From Octopus vulgaris (Eukaryota): a DNA stretch of 64,000 bases. The position numbers and the translations under genes were made by a program. Shown here in pieces: positions 54,546-64,000 of the stretch. How positions within the stretch are numbered: position 1 is the stretch's first letter; each line of letters opens with the position of its first letter. Below the pieces are notes generated by a model. The model had not been told where the DNA came from. It searched no databases and saw only the letters and a program-made list of their open reading frames with translations. Location: contig OX597841.1 of assembly GCA_951406725.2 (NCBI GenBank), positions 3,348,001 to 3,412,000 on the forward strand, given 5' to 3'.

Positions 54546-56147
54546 AATAGCAACAGCCATACCGCCTACATCACCAATGGCAACAAGTGCAACAGCGCCA
54601 CCACCACCACCACCACCACCACCACCAAAATCAACAACAACAACAATAAAGCTAGCAACTGTAACAATAGCAACAGCAACAGCAGTTGCACAAGTTGCAG
54701 CTGCATCAACGGTAGCTGCAAAAAGAACAACAGCAACACCAACACCAACAGCACCGCCACCGAAACCACCATCACCACTGCCACCACCACAAACACCACA
54801 AAAACCACTACTACAAAAACACCACCACTGCCAAAACCACCACCACCACCACCACCACCGCCAAAATACCACCACTGCCAAAACCACAACTACCACCACC
54901 ACTACAAATACTACCAGTACAACTACCACCAACAGCACTACCACCACAACCACCACCAACAACAACCACCACTACCACCACAACCACCACCACCACCACT
55001 ACCACCACAACCACCACCACCACCACTACCACCACAAATGTCACCACCACAACCACCACGAAAACCACCAAACCCACCACCACCATCACAACCACTACCG
55101 TCACAACCACTAACACCACAACCACTACCACACAACCACCACCAAAACCACCAAAACCACCAAAGCCACCACCACCACCACCAAAAACATCACCACCTCT
55201 ACAACCATCAAAACAACCACCAGAACCACCACCACCACCACCACCACCACAACCGCCGCCGCCACCGCAACCACGACAATAACAACACCCACAACTGCAA
55301 CAGCAACAACAAAAAACAATGTTATAATCAAGAATTATAATCAATTATATTTCAAAAAATTTAATTAATCAATTTTTAACATTAGCTAATCATTTAGATT
55401 AATCTCTGAATTCCCTCCAGGGGTTATACACTCTGTTATATTCACCGTGCCCTCCACCGCCGACTACGGTTTGCTCCCGTTCACCTCCACCCCTCATTCT
55501 TTCCACTGCACCCATACACCCCCTCTGCATCCGTCTTCAATAACACGCACTCATTCTTCTGCTGACTGTCTCTCTCTGCGCATGTGTATGTATGTATGTA
55601 TGTATGTATGTATGTATGTATGTATGTATGTATGTATGTATTCATTTATTTACGTATGAGTGTATATATTATAAATGTATTATAATATATATATATTATT
55701 ATATATATATATAAATATATTATAAATATGTATGTATGTATGCCTTGCATACATATATGTATGTAGACGTATGCATGTATACATGTATGTATATATAAAT
55801 GTATATATATATATATATACATATATGCATATATATATATGTATATATATGTGTATATATATATGTATACATATATATATATATGTATATATATATATAA
55901 AATATGTATACATATATATATGTATATATATGTGTATACATGTATGTATATATAAATGCATATATATATATATACATCTATGCATATATATATATATGTA
56001 TATATATATAAATATGTATACATATAAATATGTATACATATATATATGTATATATATGTATACATATATATATATATATACATATATATATATGTGTGTG
56101 TGTGTATATATATATGTATATATATATGCGCATATGCACATATACAT

Positions 56148-56186
<39 letters not shown>

Positions 56187-56383
56187 CATATATATATACA
56201 CACACACACACACAAATTTAATGGAATTTACATTAGATTTCTAGAACCATAGGTTTCACGCTGACGGCTTTGCCAGCAATTATCAACCTATGTTTTGTTT
56301 TTCTTAATTGGTAGTCAACCTGAATAGAAAACCACTTAGACAGACAGACAAACATACAGACAGACAGACATATGTATGTGTGT

Positions 56384-56443
<60 letters not shown>

Positions 56444-56919
56444 CATACACACAGACATATATATATACACATATGTATGTATATATATATATATATATAT
56501 ATATGCATATAGGAAATCTGTTTATAGATGTATGTATGTATATATGCACGCATATATTTGTATTGTAGGTAGGTAGGTATACACTGAGTTTCAAATTATT
56601 AACAACGTGACATCTTTTTATTTTATTTAAAAAAACTCCTCGTCTAAATTCAACCAAATCTTCACAGAATGGTGGCAACAGTTATATGTGCGTGTTGCAT
56701 AAAAAACGTGAGGTTCTGCAAAACAACACAGAAACTATGGCCATTTACCAAATCTACATAAACTTTCAATTTTTCAAATTATAAGCGTGGCGTAATTGAA
56801 ATTTATGTAAGGAAGAAAATATCAATTTTATTGTTTAATGCCCATACGGAAATGAAGACATGCAGTTATAAATATGGAAGAAATAGAAATAAGGAAATAA
56901 ACAGCGGTTTATAAAGGAT

Positions 56920-57275
56920 ATTGATTGATTGATTGATTGATTCTAGTTTCAGCTCACGAGCTATGGCCATGCTGGGGCACCGCCATTTGGTGTTGCTACA
57001 TGGTTTTACTTCACGAATGCTTTTTAGCAACTGCCATTTGGTGCATGAGAGAGTTCGATGCAGCTGCCCTCATCTGCACCTCCTGCCGTGAAGTTAGTTC
57101 ATCTAGGATACCTGACAAGAAGAGATCCAGTTTCATTTTAAAGATATCTGCATCCACCCCATGCAGGTCTCTCAGGTTCTTCGGGAGGATATTGAAGAGC
57201 TGTGGCCCTCGGAAGCCCAGGCTATCACAGTATCTTGTCCTACATCTTGATGGCAAATTTGGAGTCCGAGGCACA
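56920..57275 (-). mobile_element. CR1/L2-group LINE 3' end with (AATC)n tail
   Basis: SLGFRGPQLFNILPKNLRDL..FKMKLDLFLSGI..AAASNSL, stop at 57011, short UTR. Confidence 0.8.
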
Positions 57276-57280
57276 TATAT

Positions 57281-57478
57281 GAGACTTTGTTTGAAATAAG
57301 TTGGAAAAGGCGCTGGTCCATGGAACATGCTAATTTCTGGATCTCCTTACACAACGAGATACGTCCGCTATTGGCTGCCACAGGTCATCCTTGCTCCTAA
57401 ATTGGCATCCATTCTTGTAAACTCACCGCTTGAGAATACTTCACAAGTTTTCTATTTGGTTTAAGCCGGGGGAACAGA
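57281..57478 (-). mobile_element. Second fragment of the DD37E transposase 3' end
   Basis: Reverse-complement homologue of 53460-53665 (GGAGATCCAGAAATTAGCATGTT..CCAACTTATTTCAAACAA). Confidence 0.75.
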
Positions 57479-57554
57479 CAGGCAGAGACAAGGACGGAGA
57501 CGGACAGTAAAACAGTCAGACAGGTGACAGGTGACAGGTGACAGGTGATCTTAC

Positions 57555-57661
57555 CTGTTGTACAAGAGAACGTCGGGTAGCCAGATCATCTGACAGGGGA
57601 TCCGTGTGTTGTTTAATCCATATTCCTCGGGGTCCCAGGATAGTTTCTCATCCTCCCATTC
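57555..57661 (-). CDS. nAChR alpha subunit, 107-bp exon ([35 protein letters not shown], loop A)
   Basis: Flanked by ttttacag| and |gtaag. Carries the WxPDxxLYN motif. The phase-2 end (AG) joins the C of the next exon to give Ser (N-S-A-D-D). Confidence 0.95.
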
Positions 57662-57717
57662 CTGTAAAATACAAATGTATATCCATATATACGCATCGAC
57701 ATACGTGTGTGTATATT

Positions 57718-57769
<52 letters not shown>

Positions 57770-57806
57770 TCCGAGACCCTGCGGCGCAAGTTGACCAAAA
57801 TTGAGA

Positions 57807-57938
<132 letters not shown>

Positions 57939-57949
57939 TTATACATATA

Positions 57950-58340
57950 TAATAAATTAATAAATAAAGCATATGCATACATACATATATGTACGTACCT
58001 ACCTCTACATGTATATATACATGCATATATGGGTACAGGACACCAAAAAACGTCGAACACAATGAGAAACGAAAACATAAACCCAAATCCAAGGAACTGG
58101 ACATTTTTCTTAAACAACGAAAAAATAGAGTACAGGACATACAAAACAAGGAAAATTCCCCTTCTTCAGTCGCCATGGTTTCATCTACTCTGCGTTTCGA
58201 AGGTGAAGGCGATACGCATCTTCGATAGAAACTTTCCTTCCCGCGAAAAGCAAAATAAAATTTGAGATCTTTTTGCGGAGTGGTAAAAATGGTAACAAAA
58301 ACAGGACAGTAACGACAGTACAAAATATAAACAGTAAAAG
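57950..58340 (-). mobile_element. Repeat family P copy 3
   Basis: Reverse-complement homologue of 20530-20890, ending in (TA)n. Confidence 0.65.
58158..58218 (-). ncRNA. Hammerhead-ribozyme-like motif, non-circularly permuted (copy 3; sense within nAChR intron)
   Basis: UGCGU-A-UCGCC-uuca-CCUUC-GAA-ACGCA-16nt-GGCGA-CUGAAGA-a-GGGG. The stems differ in sequence from copy 1 but still pair. Confidence 0.65.
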
Positions 58341-58901
58341 ACAGGACAAGGAGAATAACAAGACAAGAAGGGCTGTTAAGCCGATATATACTTGGAGCAT
58401 ATTTGCCACTTAAATGTGGCGAACCACTAAGGGTGGATGCTACTGTAGCTTGTAGCTCCAGGAGAACATCTTCTCCAGCTGGCTATTGACACACCTTCTG
58501 TGCCCTATCAGTATTTGCAAAGGGAAGCCATCCATCCCATCGTCGACCTGACGTGATACGCACGGACCCGGGTTTCTGAGTATTTACGCATCGTCAGCGC
58601 ACGACAATCACCAGTCTTTGATGCGAAGGGGTCCCAATGCAAACACATATATCCTTTTCCCAGTGGCAAATATACTTCACGTTGTTGTGCAGCTACTGTT
58701 TATACCTTGCTCAGAGATGTATTATTGCTTATTTACACTTTTTCGAGATCAGTGACTTCACCGAAAGGATGAACGGCTAAGTCGACCTCAGCGGAATTTG
58801 AACTCAGAACGCAAAGACCGACGAAATACCGCTAAGTATGACAGTTCACATTTTCTTTATTATATCGAAATGCATTAGTCCACTTTCAGTCACATGTTGT
58901 T

Positions 58902-59545
58902 ATACATACATACATACATACATACATACATACATACATACATACATACATACATACATACATACATACATACATACATACATACATACATACATACACA
59001 CATACATACATATATACATACATACAAACATACATACATACATACATACATACATACATACATACATACATACATACATACATACATACATACATACATA
59101 CATACATACATACATACATACATACATACATACATACATACATACATACATACATACATACATACATACTACATACATACATACATACATACATACATAC
59201 ATACATACATACATACATACATACATACATACATACATACATACATACATACATACATACATACATACATACATACATACATACATACATACATACATAC
59301 ATACATACATACATACATACATACATACATACATACATACATACATACATACATACATACATACATACATACATACATACATACATACATACATACATAC
59401 ATACATACATACATACATACATACATACATACATACATACATACATACATACATACATACATACATACATACATACATACATACATACATACATACATAC
59501 ATACATACATACATACATACATACATACATACATACATACATGCA
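58902..59545. repeat. ~640-bp (TACA)n microsatellite
   Basis: Direct inspection. A similar (TATG)n tract is at 38716-39230. Confidence 0.97.
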
Positions 59546-59565
59546 TGCACGTAATAATAATAATG

Positions 59566-59605
<40 letters not shown>

Positions 59606-60168
59606 GTGGATGTAAACACATGAACAAAATAAGAATAAACAAAACCAAATTACACGAACGTATATATACAAGTATTACAGGCATCCCCCCCACACACACA
59701 CTAACTAAACATAGACGCACATATAGATATACGCATGCGCAAATGAAGACATACAATAGAAATACAAAATGGCTGATGGTTAGTAAGGAGAGACACACAA
59801 ATAAGAAAGAAGAAAGCAAAGGACCACTGATGCGGTTACAGGAGTGTGACGAAAGAACTCTGGCCGAAATAAGATTAAGATTAATGTAAAAAATAAATAA
59901 CACTGAAGCAAAATAACACCAAATATATAGTGCGTGTGTTTTTATTGGCTAAACTGGCAAAATGACCGTTCAAAATACAACAATATCTGTTTCAACACAC
60001 GATTTCACATAAAAAATCTTGCACAACAAATATATATATATATGTATTGATTATATATGCATATATGATTAAATATATGAATTTGACACATATATACATA
60101 CATACATACATACATACATTATACGTATAGAAATATGTGTGTGCTTGTCCACAAAATCATTAGATACA

Positions 60169-60221
<53 letters not shown>

Positions 60222-60230
60222 CTCTGTCTG

Positions 60231-60298
<68 letters not shown>

Positions 60299-60377
60299 GC
60301 TATCTATCTATCTGTCTGTCAATCTATTTATTCATATATCTATCATTTTATCAACACACACGCACACACCCAAACGT

Positions 60378-60478
<101 letters not shown>

Positions 60479-60929
60479 TTAGACACTCAACTGATCAGTC
60501 CCAAAATAGACACTTTTAAAAAACGATGTCTGTTTATGTTATGTTTCGGAGATGCAACGATAAGATGAACACAAAAATCAAATTAAAACTTAAAATTTAC
60601 ACAAACAAAAACAAAAAAACAAAAAAACAAAGCATCAGAAGCAAAAATATAAACAAAAAGCCAAGTACAACATAGGTAAAATACGATGCAGACGACGATT
60701 TTATTTTTTGGCGGGAGGAATATCAATAATTCTCAAAATAAATAAATTCTGGTTACTGTTCAATCATATTATAAATTAGACAAGGATATATAACAAAGAG
60801 GGATGTAAATTAGACAAATGTCAGTCATAATTTTTTGTGCAATTTCAATATTATTTTAAATATTTCTGAAAGTGGCTGATTATTTTAATCTAATATCGCC
60901 ATACTGCATACACAGACACAGCTCCTAGC

Positions 60930-60933
60930 TCTC

Positions 60934-60964
<31 letters not shown>

Positions 60965-61580
60965 CTCTCTCTGTCTCTCTGTCTCTCTCTCTCTCTCCCT
61001 ATCATCTCTCTCTCTCTCTCTCTCCCTATCATCTCTCTCTCTCTCTCTCTCCCTATCATCTCTCTATTCCACGCCATCTCTCTCTTTTTCTTACTCTAGA
61101 CACAGCTCCTAGCTCTCTCTCTCTCTCTCTCTCCCTCTCCCTATCATCTCTCTATTCCTCGCCATCTCTCTCTTTTTCTTACTCTTTCTCTCTCTACCAT
61201 TCTTTCTCTCCCACTCTCTCTTACTTTCTCTCTTCGTCTTTTCCTCTTTCCCCTTCTGTTTCTCTCTCTCTCTCTCCCTCTCCCTATCATCTCTCTATTC
61301 CTCGCCATCTCTCTCTTTTTCTTACTCTTTCCCTCTCTACTATTCTTTCTCTCCCACTCTCTCTTACTTTCTCTCTTCGTCTTTTCCTCTTTCCCCTTCT
61401 GTTTCTCTCTCTCTCTCTATCTCTCTCTCTCTCTCCCTCTCCCTATCATCTCTCTATTCTTCGCCATCTCTCTCTTTTTCTTACTCTTTCCCTCTCTACT
61501 ATTCTTTCTCTCCCACTTTCTCTTACTTTCTCTCTTCGTCTTTCCCTCTTTCCCCTTCTGTTTCTCTCTCTTTCTCTTTT
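60930..61580. repeat. CT-rich ~150-bp tandem repeat
   Basis: CCCTATCATCTCTCTATTC..GCCATCTCTC recurs four times. Confidence 0.85.
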
Positions 61581-61607
61581 CATCTGTCTCCCTGTATCAT
61601 CTTTCTA

Positions 61608-62010
61608 GGATCTTTTCGGTTTGACCGGCAGTTTTTTAAAATAATTTCCACGTAACTAATCACTTTTAAACTTCGTATACTGGTAGAATGTGTTTATAAA
61701 TCATCTTTTTCTCTTGGCTTTATTGAGAAAATTCTATAGTTTGTAAGATATTTGGGATCTTTTCGGTTTGACCGGCAGTTTTTAAAAATAATTTCTTTGT
61801 AACTAAACGCTTTTAAACTTCGTATACTGGTAGAATGTGTTTATAAAACATCTTTTTCTCTTGGCTTTCTTGAGAAAATTCTGTAGTTTGTGAGCTATTT
61901 GTTGTTTAATTTCTTGCATTTCGGCAATTTCAACCAATCAATGACGTCTATTGAGGTGAATTCAATTTCTGCCGTAGTGTGTCAACAACAATTATTTGCG
62001 GTGTCATATC
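61608..62010. mobile_element. Two tandem end fragments of the 4797-5466 MITE family
   Basis: GGATCTTTTCGGTTTGACCGGCAG at 61608 and 61755, followed by the reverse complement of the 5240-5466 arm. Confidence 0.8.
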
Positions 62011-62192
62011 TCGACTGAAGTAAAACATGCATCTCATTTGCCAAACATGAACCTATGAACTTACGGTTAGCAGGTTTGTTACTCTTCCCTACGCACCCAT
62101 CGGCGCCCCCGGGCCCTCGAGTTATTTTGGCATTCCTCCAGTTGTCAATCACCTTAAACTTTGAATTTCTTTTCAAACATCGTCACACTTAC

Positions 62193-62237
62193 CGTTTCAA
62201 GCCAAACGTTAGTAGTGAGGACCTGGTTTTTTTCATC
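62193..62237 (-). CDS. nAChR alpha subunit, internal 45-bp exon (DEKNQVLTTNVWLET, loop D region)
   Basis: Not in the ORF track. The reverse complement reads caacag|GAT GAA AAA AAC CAG GTC CTC ACT ACT AAC GTT TGG CTT GAA ACG|gtaag. This is the classic 45-bp phase-0 DEKNQ..W exon of nAChR genes. Confidence 0.95.
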
Positions 62238-62693
62238 CTGTTGAAAGAAATGTAGACAATTCAATAACAACAACAACAACAACAATAATAATAATAATTA
62301 ATTCTTTTTATTGGCCACAAGGGCTGACACACATGATTAGTAAACATAAAGGGACAAAACAGGACGAAAGGTTACAAAGGGTTTTGTCCGTTTGTGAAAA
62401 AATCATGTAAAAACAGTGTAACAATCAAATAATATAACAACGAAAAACTCCCAATAGGGGGAGGCGTTACGAAAGGTTCCTGGTGGAAAAACCCATAAAA
62501 GCCAACAGGAGCCTTGTCAAAATGGGGGTAGAGAGCCCCTTTCTCCTTTTATAATACCTTATTCAATTACAGGCGAAACCTCAGAATTGGTCCATTTATA
62601 CTGATAATAATAGTCAAGACGAAGAGCGCGATTCAATTGTAAGATATTTTATTAGTTGAACGGTGTTTCAACAATACGTCTGTCTTTGTCAAG

Positions 62694-62950
62694 TTCAGAA
62701 TAAGAAGTGATAAAAATTCAAAATTACAGAAATTCAAACGTAAAGTATGAACGAGGGCAACCAGTGTCCACTCGTTGACGGAATGACATCATCAGTTTTT
62801 TAGTTACAAAATTGTTAAAAAAATTGCAATAAAATTGTAACTTAAAAACTGATGATGAAATTCCTTCAACGTGTGGACGCTGGTTGCCCTCGTTCATACT
62901 TTTCGTTTGAATTTCTGTAATTTTGAATTTTTATCACTTCTTATTTTGAA
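62694..62950. repeat. Near-perfect hairpin, ~115-bp arms, short loop
   Basis: AATAAGAAGTGATAAAAATTCAAAATTACAGAAATTCAAACG... is mirrored at 62835-62950. The arm is related to 25715-25840. Confidence 0.9.
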
Positions 62951-63103
62951 GAAATAAATGGGGAAAAGAGAAATAAACAAATATTAATTGAAGATGAAAA
63001 AATATTGATGAAATGGAGGTTCTGTGAATCGTTAATGAAATCGATAAGGAAAAGACAAATTTTGGCGGTACAAATATTAGGGAAATATAAAATTACGTAC
63101 ACA

Positions 63104-63142
<39 letters not shown>

Positions 63143-63176
63143 GTATATATATATATATATATATATACATATATAC

Positions 63177-63292
<116 letters not shown>

Positions 63293-63398
63293 ACTCATAT
63301 ACATACACACACACATCCACTCATACAATAAAACATACACAAACATACATATATGAACACATATACATACACACGCAAACACAGACATACACACGCAC

Positions 63399-63434
<36 letters not shown>

Positions 63435-64000
63435 CAAACACACACAAACAGGACCAGAATAGGTAAAAACAAAATTTACTGACACGAGATGCTCGTTAAA
63501 TCGAAAAAAAAATAATAAAAGGAAAGGTAAAAATAAGGGGAAAAAAGAGGAGAGAAAGAAAGGGACGAGAGGAGAAGGAGGAGGAAGAAGAAGAAAGGGA
63601 GGAGGAGGAGGAGTTCGTCATTATGAAAAGCAACATCAGTTGGTTGAACAAAACAAATAATTCTTCTCCAGCGTCCAACACAAAATAAGGTTTTTATCAC
63701 GAACGAGGCGATAATGAAATGGAAATCAATACCGCGCCATTAGCGGAAATAGAAGTCGAATTTGGTGAGGGAAAAGGGTGAGGTGAGGAAGATGGGCAGC
63801 GAAGGAATCGCTATATGACCAATCTGTTCAATAATAGCATCTACAACACCTGAACAATCATATCACCCGAAGAAAAAGACCAGATGCTAAAGTAAATACA
63901 TGAATACAAGAACACAAGGTGCCTCGAGCCGACCAAAGCCTTATATATATATTTATTTATTTCGGTATGTGGTTTTGAGCAACTTGTTGCAATTAACCCT

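Noticed and set aside
63992-64000. piggyBac-like terminus TTAACCCT
   Set aside because: Too little sequence at the window edge.

Overview
Repeat-dense animal genomic DNA, most likely from an octopus (inferred from the SINE families and microsatellite load). Most ORFs in the track are microsatellite artefacts. The minus strand carries the last four coding exons of a cation-type nicotinic acetylcholine receptor alpha subunit (alpha9/10-like): 62193-62237, 57555-57661, 45376-45911 and 39250-39824. Its earlier exons lie beyond the right edge. A probable signal-peptide first exon of a second gene sits at 408-474 and runs off the left edge. The rest is SINEs, RTE, R4/Dong-like, CR1/L2-like and Penelope-like retroelement fragments, a DD37E Tc1-like relic, MITEs and satellites. 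The most striking unannotated signal is a set of hammerhead-ribozyme motifs in Penelope-like repeats. One three-copy family (20612, 38228, 58158) has its three core strands in reversed, non-circularly permuted order, with compensatory changes in stems I and III. One intact copy lies in sense orientation in a receptor intron. Other highlights are SINE-LINE shared 3' tails with a covarying hairpin, a SINE-derived satellite with 3- and 6-mer higher-order structure, and several intronic inverted repeats. All calls were made by eye, with no searches or folding runs.
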